A stretch of 64,000 nucleotides of DNA from Candidatus Obscuribacteraceae bacterium (GTDB taxonomy: Bacteria > Cyanobacteriota > Vampirovibrionia > Obscuribacterales > Obscuribacteraceae): NCBI GenBank assembly GCA_044229845.1, contig JBGASG010000001.1:320001-384000 (forward strand), given 5' to 3'. The position numbers and the translations under genes are program-made. Of the stretch, positions 29,036 through 38,517 are shown piece after piece (the first letter of the stretch is position 1; each line of letters starts with the position of its first letter). The notes under the pieces are model-generated. The model was not told the DNA's origin and did not search any database. It saw only the letters and a list, made by a program, of their open reading frames with translations.

Positions 29036-32000
29036 CTAGTCGAAGGGCAGCATCTTCTGCCAGGCGAAAGTCAGGTAGTCCACCTTTAGATCCAGAACTT
29101 TGTGACCGTCCTTTTGAACCACGACCAGTTTGCCGTCGTCGGTGACAGTGCCCAATTTAGTGACTGAAAAGTCCTTCCACTGCGCGGTCCAGACAGCTTC
29201 GTCTTCCGGTGCAATGGTGGCGATTAAGTGCGCGGGACCTTCAGCAAACAGAGCAAAGTCGCGACGATCGTGGCTGCCGGTTGCGGCTACCAGCGCATCC
29301 ATGTCTATGTGGCAACCAAAACCGCTGCCGATCAGGCTCTCGGCGATGGCGACGGCAACCCCACCTTCCGACACGTCGTGGCATGATTTGACGCGCGACT
29401 GCATGATCAATTCGTGGAGACGGCGATACATTGAGGACGCCTTTTCTATGTCGAGGGACGGCAAACTTCTGCCGGTCCAGCCGTGCATTGCCGTGTACTG
29501 GCTGCCCGCCAGTCCCAGTTCGCCTGCCGACAATAAATAGATGAGGTCGCCGGCGGCTTTGTAATCCATTGATACTGCCAGGTCGGCATCAGCGATTTTG
29601 CCCATTGCCGAAACGAGAAGCGTCGGCGGCACGGAGAGCTGAACGACACCATCATCGAAATCGTTCTTCATGCTGTCCTTGCCCGAGATGAGCGGAGTGC
29701 CGTACGCCAGACAGATGTCGGCGAGCGCCTGGCAAGTGCGCACCAGTTGCGCCAATTTGTACTTCGCTTGCGGATTGCGCTTGCCCGTCACCGGGTCGGG
29801 CCAGCAGAAATTGTCGAGCAGTGTAATGGAAACCGGGTCGGCGCCGACGCAAACTGCGTTGCGCACTGCTTCATCGGCAGCGCACAAAGACATGAGGCGG
29901 GCATCGAATTCGCTCAAATATGGTGCCAGACCATTGGAGACCACCAGCGCCGCTTTGTCCTCGTAGAGCGGCTTGAAGACGGCAGCATCACATGGTGCGG
30001 TCTGTCTGGGACCCATGAGCGGCTTGATCACGGAACCGGCCTGCACTTCGTGGTCGTACTGCCGAATGACGTTTTCGCGCGAGCAGATATTGGGATGAGC
30101 GAGCAGATCGAGCAGCGATTGTTCTAGTTTTTCAGGCACCACTCCCACTGTGTCTTTGATGGTGGGTGGTGTCCATTCGCTGTCCAGATGCAGGCGCGGA
30201 TTGCCTTTGTGCAGAAACTTCAGGTCGAGCAGCGCCACTTGTTTGCCGGCGCGCGTGATTTCGAAATAACCTTCGGAATGAAACTTGCCGATTGCCGTTG
30301 CTTCCACATTGAAGCGGCGGGCCAGCCATGACAGCTCTTCGAAGTTTTTGGTTGAGATTGTCATGCGCTCTTGCGACTCCGAAATCACTATTTCGTAGTC
30401 GGAGAGACCCGGATACTTGAGCGGGATGTTGTCGAGTTCAAGCGTGGCACCACCTGTGATTTGCGCCATCTCGCCCACGGATGAAGAAAGACCGCCGGCA
30501 CCGTTATCGGTGATGCCGGTGATTAGTCCGGCGTCGCGGGCTTCCAGAATGAAGTCGAGCACGCGCTTCTGAGTGAATGGATCGCCGATTTGTACGGCTG
30601 AGACAGGGGAACCTTCGTGAAGCGGCTCGGAGGAGAATGTCGCGCCGTGAATGCCGTCTTTGCCGACCCGCCCGCCGACGACGACGATCGTGTCACCGAC
30701 AGTGGTGTGCTTGCCATAACCGCTCTTGCCGGCAACGGTCGTGGGCAAAAGTCCGCCGGTCCCGCAAAATACTAGCGGCTTGGCGCGGTAACCCGGATGG
30801 AAGCAAATGGCACCGTTGACTGTGGGGATGCCGCTCTTGTTGCCGCCGTCCTGCACTCCTTTGCGCACGCCGTTCATGATCGTCTCTGCCGGCAATAGTT
30901 TGGGGCGTTGCGGCAGATCGTCCGACGGGTAGGCGAAACAAAACACGTCCGTGTTGAAGATCGGCTTGGCACCAAGACCGGTGCCGAGCACATCGCGGTT
31001 GACGCCGAGAATGCCGGTGAGCGCGCCGCCATAGGGTTCGAGCGCACTCGGGGAATTGTGGGTTTCAACCTTGAAGCAAACTGCAAACTCGTCGTTCCAG
31101 CGCACTACGCCCGAGTTGTCTTCAAACACCGACAGCAAGTCATCGCGTTTTTCGCGCAGTTTGTAGGTTGGACCCTGAATATAAGTCTTGTACAGGCTGT
31201 CGATTTCTTGAGATTTGCCTGCACCGTCGACGGTGTTGTCGGTGTGGTTGATGTAGGCGCTGAAGATTTTGTGCTTGCAATGCTCCGACCAGGTTTGAGC
31301 CAGCACTTCCAATTCGACATCTGTAGGCCAGGCGGGCAGCCCCTTGCTGCGGCGCAGTTCGCGTACGTCATCGCGTTCATAGTAAGCGCGGATTGCCTTC
31401 ATCTCTTCCAGATTGAGAGCCAAGAGTCGCAGTTGACTCAGTTCCAGCAAACGCACGTCGTCCAGATCGAGCGGCACCGTGTCAGGTGGCTTCGGTGCCG
31501 GCAGGTGCACTTCCGGGTAGGTCAGAAATGCCGATTCGTCCCGGGTTTTGAACTTTTCGATCTCGTGAACGACAAACTTATCGGTGAGCGGATGATAGAA
31601 GTGGTAGAGACCAGCGGCGGCGATTTGCTCGGCGTTGTCATAGCACCCTTGAGGGAAGAGAAAGCCCTCGCCTGAGGTGACCTGCACATTTGGGAAACCT
31701 CTAAGCAATAGCGCTTCTTCGACTGTCTTGCCCAGGTTGTCGGTGACGCCGGGCAGAAATTGTTTCTCCGCCAGCCATTGAAAGCGCTCTCTTTCCCAGG
31801 TCGGTGCCCAGCCGAAGCGACTTTCCGGCGAGGCACTGTGCAGGGTCTCAAGCAAAGGATCGCGCAGCGTATCGCCGACCACCATCAACAGCTCCGAGTC
31901 GGCGAAGTCTTTGATGTCCTTGATCAATTTAGATGTGATCTTGAGCCAGTAAAGCGGGAAGCGGTTCAAGCCATCGGTGAAACCTGCCTTCGGGAAAACT

Positions 32001-32068
32001 GCGCAGCTGACGATCACCGTGAAGAATTCTTCTTCTTTGACCGGATGCTCTTGCATCGACTGGCTCAT
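29036..32068 (-). CDS. purL: FGAM synthase synthetase subunit with N-terminal extension (~1000 aa)
   Basis: QTWSEHCKHK, KVETHNSPS, DNGAGG, SESQERM, ISGKDS, HDVSEGG. Confidence 0.95.
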   Translation of the reverse strand: MSQSMQEHPVKEEEFFTVIVSCAVFPKAGFTDGLNRFPLYWLKITSKLIKDIKDFADSELLMVVGDTLRDPLLETLHSASPESRFGWAPTWERERFQWLAEKQFLPGVTDNLGKTVEEALLLRGFPNVQVTSGEGFLFPQGCYDNAEQIAAAGLYHFYHPLTDKFVVHEIEKFKTRDESAFLTYPEVHLPAPKPPDTVPLDLDDVRLLELSQLRLLALNLEEMKAIRAYYERDDVRELRRSKGLPAWPTDVELEVLAQTWSEHCKHKIFSAYINHTDNTVDGAGKSQEIDSLYKTYIQGPTYKLREKRDDLLSVFEDNSGVVRWNDEFAVCFKVETHNSPSALEPYGGALTGILGVNRDVLGTGLGAKPIFNTDVFCFAYPSDDLPQRPKLLPAETIMNGVRKGVQDGGNKSGIPTVNGAICFHPGYRAKPLVFCGTGGLLPTTVAGKSGYGKHTTVGDTIVVVGGRVGKDGIHGATFSSEPLHEGSPVSAVQIGDPFTQKRVLDFILEARDAGLITGITDNGAGGLSSSVGEMAQITGGATLELDNIPLKYPGLSDYEIVISESQERMTISTKNFEELSWLARRFNVEATAIGKFHSEGYFEITRAGKQVALLDLKFLHKGNPRLHLDSEWTPPTIKDTVGVVPEKLEQSLLDLLAHPNICSRENVIRQYDHEVQAGSVIKPLMGPRQTAPCDAAVFKPLYEDKAALVVSNGLAPYLSEFDARLMSLCAADEAVRNAVCVGADPVSITLLDNFCWPDPVTGKRNPQAKYKLAQLVRTCQALADICLAYGTPLISGKDSMKNDFDDGVVQLSVPPTLLVSAMGKIADADLAVSMDYKAAGDLIYLLSAGELGLAGSQYTAMHGWTGRSLPSLDIEKASSMYRRLHELIMQSRVKSCHDVSEGGVAVAIAESLIGSGFGCHIDMDALVAATGSHDRRDFALFAEGPAHLIATIAPEDEAVWTAQWKDFSVTKLGTVTDDGKLVVVQKDGHKVLDLKVDYLTFAWQKMLPFD

Positions 32069-32697
32069 TTGACCTTCGCCTCCGTCTTCGTTTTGTCTGG
32101 TCGGGGCAAGATCTGTACCCCGTGCGTTGCGATGTTGGCCAGCACTTGCGGGTAGAGCCGATGCTCTACTTGCAATCCGCGTTGCTTGAAGGTGTCGATG
32201 GTGTCGCCGTCCTCTCTGGCAAAGGCTTCTTGTGCCAAGATCGGCCCGTGGTCTACCTCCTCATCGACGAGGTGCACGGTGACACCGGAGATGCGCACGC
32301 CATAGTTGAAGGCGTCTTCGTATCCGGATGCACCGGGAAACGCGGGCAAAAGGGACGGGTGAATGTTGATCACTTTAAATATAGAACGCTCGCGGTCATA
32401 GAAAGCCTGCAGAAAATGCGGCGTCAAGACGCGCATATAACCAGCCAGGACTACGAAGTCTACCTTGTACTTCTCCAGGCACGCCAGAACTTCCCTCTCG
32501 TGATCGACTCGCGCTTTGCCTCGCGATGAAATGGCATGCGCCGGCACGCCGTGCTCTTCAGCTATCTTGAGCGCCAGCGCATCGGGGTTGTTCGATATGA
32601 CGCAGACGACGTTGGCTTTCAGAGAACCGTCCTGAACGGCTTCCAGAATTGCTCCCAGATTGGAGCCTCTTCCTGATACCAGTACCGCATAGTTCAT
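32065..32697 (-). CDS. purN: GAR transformylase
   Basis: SGRGSNL, LAGYMR, NIHPSLLP, GVTVHLV..VDHGPI. Confidence 0.97.
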   Translation of the reverse strand: MNYAVLVSGRGSNLGAILEAVQDGSLKANVVCVISNNPDALALKIAEEHGVPAHAISSRGKARVDHEREVLACLEKYKVDFVVLAGYMRVLTPHFLQAFYDRERSIFKVINIHPSLLPAFPGASGYEDAFNYGVRISGVTVHLVDEEVDHGPILAQEAFAREDGDTIDTFKQRGLQVEHRLYPQVLANIATHGVQILPRPDKTKTEAKVK

Positions 32698-34043
32698 ATC
32701 GTTGCGGCTGCAGCCCTCCTGCCAATGTCTTTGCGCCAGGACATGCCCTTGAATGAAACTGCTGTCAGCCCTTCGTATGCCTTTCCGACCGCGGCATCAA
32801 GATCAGATCCCAGACCGGTTACGCAAAGAACGCGACCACCGGCGGTGACGAGTCGTCCTTCGCTGCCGCCGTTTCCTTCAAGTTTCGTCCCTGCCTGAAA
32901 GACCATGGACTGCTCAGGTAAGTGCTTGACTGTGATTGCCTCGCCTTTCGAGCCTTTTTCCGGATAAGTGTCGGCGCATGCCACCACACAACAAGTCGAG
33001 TGCTTCGACCAGGTGACGGAGACCTCATCCAACTTGCCGTCCGGTGTGTGCCAGAGAACAGGCACCAGATCCGATGACATCAGAGGCAGGACAACCTGCG
33101 TTTCGGGATCGCCGAAGCGTGCATTGAATTCCAGGACGTAGGGCTGGAATGATGGTTTTTTCTGATTGTCTTCCAGGGGCGGACGACTCTCCAGCATGAG
33201 CCCGATATAGAGCACGCCTTTGAAGGGCAGCTGACCGGATGCCAGCGCTTTTCGAATCGGTTCCAGTATTTGACTTTCAATGTCGTCGCGGGCTCGATCA
33301 AATAGATCTGCCGGCGCGTAGGCTCCCATGCCGCCGGTGTTCGGACCACGGTCGCCGTCAAAACGCCGCTTGTGGTCGCGGGCCGCGGGCATCGGCAAAA
33401 GACGCTTGCCGTCACAAAAGACCATCAGCGACATCTCTTCGCCGCGCAACTTTTCTTCGATGACGACGCGCTGTCCGGCGGCGCCGAAACGATTTTCTTT
33501 GAAAATCGCTGTCAGGGCGTCGAGTGCTTCATCTGTATTGTCGTCATCGCAGACGAAAACACCTTTGCCCAGGGCCAGCCCGTCTGCCTTGATCACGCGC
33601 GCCCAGGGGTGGGAAAGGACCAGCTCTTTGGCATCATCGAAGTTATCGGCGACGAAATACCGTGCGGTCGGCAAGTGATGCGTCGACATGAATTCTTTGG
33701 CGTGTGCTTTGCTGGCTTCCATTTGCGCAGCATTCTTGTCCGGACCGAAAACGCGCAGACCGTCGCCGGACAGGTGGTCGACGATACCCATGGCCAGCGG
33801 GTCGTCCGGTCCGATCACCACGAGATCTATTTGTTGCTTGCGGGCGAATTTTGAAAGCTGGGCGAATTCCATAACGGGAATGTCGACGTTTTCGGTCTTG
33901 GCGGTGGAAGCCGTGCCACCGTTGCCGGGGGCGCAGTAAATCTTGTCGACCGCCTTGCTCTGGGCGATCTTCCAGCACAGTGCGTGTTCTCTGCCGCCGC
34001 TGCCGACCACCAGCACTTTCAAGTTATTGGGGATGGCGCTCAT
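32694..34043 (-). CDS. purD: GAR synthetase
   Basis: GSGGREHAL, APGNGG, KADGLALGKGV, GPNTGGMG, EFNARFGDPE. Confidence 0.97.
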   Translation of the reverse strand: MSAIPNNLKVLVVGSGGREHALCWKIAQSKAVDKIYCAPGNGGTASTAKTENVDIPVMEFAQLSKFARKQQIDLVVIGPDDPLAMGIVDHLSGDGLRVFGPDKNAAQMEASKAHAKEFMSTHHLPTARYFVADNFDDAKELVLSHPWARVIKADGLALGKGVFVCDDDNTDEALDALTAIFKENRFGAAGQRVVIEEKLRGEEMSLMVFCDGKRLLPMPAARDHKRRFDGDRGPNTGGMGAYAPADLFDRARDDIESQILEPIRKALASGQLPFKGVLYIGLMLESRPPLEDNQKKPSFQPYVLEFNARFGDPETQVVLPLMSSDLVPVLWHTPDGKLDEVSVTWSKHSTCCVVACADTYPEKGSKGEAITVKHLPEQSMVFQAGTKLEGNGGSEGRLVTAGGRVLCVTGLGSDLDAAVGKAYEGLTAVSFKGMSWRKDIGRRAAAATI

Positions 34044-35245
34044 TTCTGCTTACCCCCGATGAATGAATTGAGTTTGTTGCTCAGTTCGACAAGCTCGGGT
34101 TGACCGCTGAAGACTGCTTCTCCCGCTACGGTGTTGAAGAGGCTGGGGTACAGGGCATCCGCAAGCGCCTTGCTGGGGGCATCCAGAGGGTCCGGAGTTT
34201 TCCCCAACTCTTCAGTGCAGACCTGTTTCCAGTTGTCGGCACCGCGACCGGTGGCAATGGCTTGCGCTTCCTTGATAGCTTTTTCCCAGGCGGTGTCGCG
34301 GTAGATCTGGCGAATGAACTCTTTGGAAAGATGTGCGCCTGACGAGATCAACCTCAGCTCGTCGGGACCAATGCTGTCTGCCAGGAGAAGCTTGCCGTCA
34401 TGAATGATGAACTCGAATTTGCCGTCCCACAATTCGATGCCGCGTTCGGCGAAGAGAGCGAGCAGTCCGACTGCTGCTGCCAGTGCCAGTTCGGAAAGTT
34501 CTTCGAATTGTTCGACGGACAAAGTTGAAATGTTGACGGCCTCTTGCAAGGTGAGCAGGCGATCTTTAGGTTCGAGCTTGGTGAAAAATTCCAGGACGGG
34601 GCGATCGAACAACCTTCCTTCTTGAGGCACTTCATGCAGACCGAGTTGACGAGCATACTGCGGATTGTTCTCCAGACGTGCTTTCAGCGATGACCCGCTG
34701 GGCATGCCAAAGCGGAATACAACTTCCAGAGGGACGAGCCGCGTCTTTTCTCGGTGCGAGTCGAGCGGGTAGTAGTAAATCGTCTGTCCGTTAAGCGATA
34801 CGGGAGAAACTTTCGGCACATGCGCGCGTACTACTTCTAGAAACGCTCGGTCGCACGCGGGAAGCGATTTCAGCGGCAGCTTGCTGCCGGTTTCATCCAC
34901 CAGATCTACAAAGTGACTGGGCAGTCCGGTCTTTTGCAGTCCGACGAAAACCGGATGTTTCGTGCGTTGCTGCCACCAGTCATGATTAAGCTGCTGCACC
35001 GGCGTCGAAGTGAGGCTTTGCCAGAACTGCGGCTGGGACAACTGTTCGAAGAAGTATGCACCGAATGCGGTGAGAGCTTTGCCTTTGTCGGCAATCGTGT
35101 CGGGCATCTTGCCCCAGTCGAAAACTGAATAGTCATCTGTAAACTCGAACCAGAGCCTGTCGGGCCTTGCCGCCGGCTGCCACACACGTTTTACCGAGCC
35201 TTCGTAGATGCAGTTCATCTGTGTGGTGCCTGATTTGGTCGGCAT
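34040..35245 (-). CDS. purC: SAICAR synthetase, long form
   Basis: YEGSVK, FTDDYSVFDWGKMPD, PLEVVFR, TKLE, DGKFEF, ADSIGPDELR, SKEFIRQ; located in the pur operon. Confidence 0.88.
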   Translation of the reverse strand: MPTKSGTTQMNCIYEGSVKRVWQPAARPDRLWFEFTDDYSVFDWGKMPDTIADKGKALTAFGAYFFEQLSQPQFWQSLTSTPVQQLNHDWWQQRTKHPVFVGLQKTGLPSHFVDLVDETGSKLPLKSLPACDRAFLEVVRAHVPKVSPVSLNGQTIYYYPLDSHREKTRLVPLEVVFRFGMPSGSSLKARLENNPQYARQLGLHEVPQEGRLFDRPVLEFFTKLEPKDRLLTLQEAVNISTLSVEQFEELSELALAAAVGLLALFAERGIELWDGKFEFIIHDGKLLLADSIGPDELRLISSGAHLSKEFIRQIYRDTAWEKAIKEAQAIATGRGADNWKQVCTEELGKTPDPLDAPSKALADALYPSLFNTVAGEAVFSGQPELVELSNKLNSFIGGKQK

Positions 35246-35247
35246 GG

Positions 35248-36699
35248 TTATGGTTCTCTGCTCAGCTGTCTCAATCTGTCTTCGGTACGCTTGGTTTCAA
35301 AACTCTCCCCGTGGGAGATGTCGGTGGGATACTGGTTGGTCACGCAGCCGGTGCACAGATCGCGCTGCGCCAGCGCTTTCTTCAGCCCGTCGACGGTCTG
35401 GTAAATGACGCGGTCGGCGCCCAGTGCTTCTGCAATTTCTTCTTCGTTGCGACCGACCGCCACCAGCTCTTTGCGCGACGGAAAGTCGATGCCGTAATAA
35501 CAAGGATTGGCAATCGGCGGGCAGGTAGAAACCAGCGTCACTTCGCGAGCGCCGGCTTTTCTAATCAGCTTGATCAGTTGGATGGCAGTGTTGCCGCGCA
35601 CGATACTGTCATCGACTACCAGGCAACGTTTACCTTCGATTTCAGAGTCAATTGGGAAGAGCTTGCGTCTGATGGCTTCCTGACGGGTGGCCTGGTCGTC
35701 CAGGATAAATGTGCGATTGACGTAGCGGTTTTTGATCAGCAGTTCGCGGAAGGGCAGTCCCAGTGACTCGGCGATGGCGATGGCCGCTGTGCGACTGGTA
35801 TCGGGAACCGGCACCACGACATCCGCGCCGATGCCGCGCGCTTTCAGTTCTTCGGCGAGAATCATGCCCAGCTGGAAGCGCGCCTGGTAGACGGATATGT
35901 CGCCCATTTCAGATTCGACGCGGGCGAAGTAAACCCACTCGAACATGCATGGTTTGTAAGTGCGCGCCAGGAGCAGTTTTCTCTCGACGGTACCATCTTT
36001 GGTGACCAGCACAGCCTCACCAGGTTTGACTTCGCTCTTTTCGTCATAACCGAGATAGTCGAGTGCTACTGATTCACTGGACAGCGCGTACGATGTCTCG
36101 CCGTCGCGGACGCGCTTGCCGAGCAATAGCGGGCGAATGCCGTCCGGATCGCGGAAGCCGAAAATTGATCCATGCTTGGTGATGCCGGCGATGGCGTAGC
36201 TGCCGACTAACTCTTTCATGGCTTTGCCGATGGCGGCGAAAAGAAACTCCGGCGCCAGGCTGCGGTCGGTCAATTCTTCGCAGATGAGGCGCAGAATTAC
36301 TTCCGAGTCTGACTCGGTTGCAAAACGAATGCGCCTGGATTGGTTCACCAGGCGCTCTCTAAGGTCGTAGCAATTTACTATGTTGCCGTTGTGCGCGATG
36401 CCGATGCCGACGGCGTTGTCGAGGAACGGCTGCAACAGATTGGGATCGCGTCTGCCGATTGTGGCATAGCGAGTGTGTCCGAGTGCAGCCTCGCCCTTCA
36501 AGTTTCTGAACGAGCGCTCGGAGAAAACATTTTCTATAAGTCCGGACCCACGCTGGAGATTGAACTGGATTTGATCAGACCGCGAGTCAAGCGTTAGAAT
36601 GCCTGCCCCGTCCTGACCCCGGTGCTGCAGGTTCATCAGCCCTACGAAGGTCTCGTAGGCTGCATCTTGCGTTCCAACAACGCTTATCAAACCGCACAT
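35248..36699 (-). CDS. purF: Amidophosphoribosyltransferase
   Basis: MCG N-terminus, QHRGQ, GHTRYAT, HNGN, VDDSIVRG, PCYYGIDF, CTGC. Confidence 0.97.
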   Translation of the reverse strand: MCGLISVVGTQDAAYETFVGLMNLQHRGQDGAGILTLDSRSDQIQFNLQRGSGLIENVFSERSFRNLKGEAALGHTRYATIGRRDPNLLQPFLDNAVGIGIAHNGNIVNCYDLRERLVNQSRRIRFATESDSEVILRLICEELTDRSLAPEFLFAAIGKAMKELVGSYAIAGITKHGSIFGFRDPDGIRPLLLGKRVRDGETSYALSSESVALDYLGYDEKSEVKPGEAVLVTKDGTVERKLLLARTYKPCMFEWVYFARVESEMGDISVYQARFQLGMILAEELKARGIGADVVVPVPDTSRTAAIAIAESLGLPFRELLIKNRYVNRTFILDDQATRQEAIRRKLFPIDSEIEGKRCLVVDDSIVRGNTAIQLIKLIRKAGAREVTLVSTCPPIANPCYYGIDFPSRKELVAVGRNEEEIAEALGADRVIYQTVDGLKKALAQRDLCTGCVTNQYPTDISHGESFETKRTEDRLRQLSREP

Positions 36700-36877
36700 A
36701 GACTCGGATTTACTCTCCGGGCGACGTGTTCGATGAGAAGCATAGCCTGATTCGCGCTGAAAGTAAGCAATGTTGATGTTTCTTGTACATTGGTAAGCGT
36801 ATATAAACTACACAGGCAGTCGCGAAGCGGCGCATATGCAGACGACCCGGCCGCGGCGCTAGAAGTGTCGAATTTGC

Positions 36878-38380
36878 TTAGACAGTAATTTTTATCCAGC
36901 GTCCCGATTGAAAACGGACGGCGATGATGATTGCCGACAGGCAAACTGAGCCGGTCATCGCCCACCAGACTCCTGACGGTCCCCAGCCCCACACCTCAGC
37001 CAGCACATATGCAATCGGCAGTCTGACCACCCAGTTGGTGAAGAGGGAGACCCACATGGGAAATTTGGTGTCTCCGGCACCCTGCAGGGCGCCGGAGAGA
37101 ATCATATTGACTGCCAGGAGCGGTTCGCAAAATGCGTTAATGCGCAGGTAGTCGGCTGTATATGCAATCGTGTTGGGATCGTGAGTCATGACGCGGGCAA
37201 TCGGGTCGGCGCAGAGGTAGAGCGCAGTGCCCAGCAGAAGCATCATACCGACACCGATGTTGCTGACGTTCCAGCCGGCTTTGCGAGCTCGGTCAATTTC
37301 TTTGGCGCCCAGATTCTGGCCGACAATATTACCCACCGCCAGACTCAGTGCCATGAGCGGCATAAAGAGTAGCGCTTCCACGCGCATACCGATGGTCCAC
37401 GATGCCAGTGCGGCGGTGGGGTCGGACAGCCCTTTCAAGATGAAGAACACAACCAGAGTGGATGCTGCCCAACCCCAGCGATGGAAGGCAGCCGGGATGC
37501 CCAGTTTCAGCAGTCTGCTCATTGAGTTGATCGCGATTGGATAGACCTGCCCGAGCGCCGGTGCCAGAGGAGAATGTTTGATGCGATAGAGCGCAATCAC
37601 AGCACCTACGAAAGCGCCGACGATGGCCGAACCGGCGATGCCCCGCACTCCAAGACCGGGAACCGGCCAGTTTCCGAGCACGGTCAAGTAGTCGCCGGCG
37701 ATGGTAATCACCAGTTCGGTCATCACCACATATAGTGGCGTGCGCGCATCGCCGATTGCCCGGAAGGCGGCATTGCTGATGGCGATCAAGCTAAACGGAA
37801 TCAGATAAAGCGCGTAGACGCTCAGGTAGTCGGTTCCGATTTCCTGCACGGTCTTGGTCGTCGTGAAGAGCGGCAGCAAGAAGTGAGCGGTGAAATATCC
37901 TACGATGGTCAGCACCAGCCCGCCGGTGACAGACAGGGCAATCGACTGCCCGGTCATGTACGCTGCTTCCTCCGGGTTGTTTTCACCGGCGGCGCGTGAG
38001 ACGATGGCTGTTGTGCCGACGGCAATTGCCATGACGAAAACGCAGAAGATAAAAATCAGTTGCTCGGCGACACCCACGGCTGCCTGGGCCGGAGCGCCCA
38101 GATAGCCGGCCACCTGCACGTCTGCCATGCCGACGATGGATGAGGTGATGGTCGTGATCATGAGAGGCCACGACATGTCCCAGATAGCGCGCCACAAGTT
38201 GCCGCGCACCAGAACGGCACCCGGGTTGGCTGCGTTGGTTGCGGGGCGGGCCGCCAATGCTGCCGCTTCTTCCATGGCCATCGGTTCAGCGGATGCGCCG
38301 GCTACTTCAGAGGCAAAAAAATCTGCCGCGTCCGCACTTTCGGGCAGCACATCACCTGTCTCTGGGGTTTCAGTCGACAT
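36878..38380 (-). CDS. MATE family efflux transporter
   Basis: 12-TM pattern; AIGDARTP, LGVRGIA, VGQNLGA, QGAGDT, WGPSGVWWA. Confidence 0.92.
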   Translation of the reverse strand: MSTETPETGDVLPESADAADFFASEVAGASAEPMAMEEAAALAARPATNAANPGAVLVRGNLWRAIWDMSWPLMITTITSSIVGMADVQVAGYLGAPAQAAVGVAEQLIFIFCVFVMAIAVGTTAIVSRAAGENNPEEAAYMTGQSIALSVTGGLVLTIVGYFTAHFLLPLFTTTKTVQEIGTDYLSVYALYLIPFSLIAISNAAFRAIGDARTPLYVVMTELVITIAGDYLTVLGNWPVPGLGVRGIAGSAIVGAFVGAVIALYRIKHSPLAPALGQVYPIAINSMSRLLKLGIPAAFHRWGWAASTLVVFFILKGLSDPTAALASWTIGMRVEALLFMPLMALSLAVGNIVGQNLGAKEIDRARKAGWNVSNIGVGMMLLLGTALYLCADPIARVMTHDPNTIAYTADYLRINAFCEPLLAVNMILSGALQGAGDTKFPMWVSLFTNWVVRLPIAYVLAEVWGWGPSGVWWAMTGSVCLSAIIIAVRFQSGRWIKITV

Positions 38381-38469
38381 TTCAGGAAGTATATCAGCAG
38401 AAGGAAAGCGAGCGGGAGAAACCCCCGCCCGCCTTGCTTTAGTGCGCCGGTAAAAACTCTAGTAAGTGG

Positions 38470-38503
38470 AGGCAGCAAGTAGGTGTTGCTCTACTTGCTG
38501 CCT
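38470..38503. terminator. 13-bp perfect hairpin just 3' of the VIT-vWA gene (terminator-like)
   Basis: AGGCAGCAAGTAG-N8-CTACTTGCTGCCT; no clear U-tract on the minus strand. Confidence 0.5.
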
Positions 38504-38517
38504 TTGTTCTCGAGAAC

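Noticed and set aside
36700..36877. Purine/ZTP/PRPP riboswitch upstream of purF
   Set aside because: I could not find the conserved cores of these riboswitch classes by eye; an Infernal/Rfam scan would settle it.
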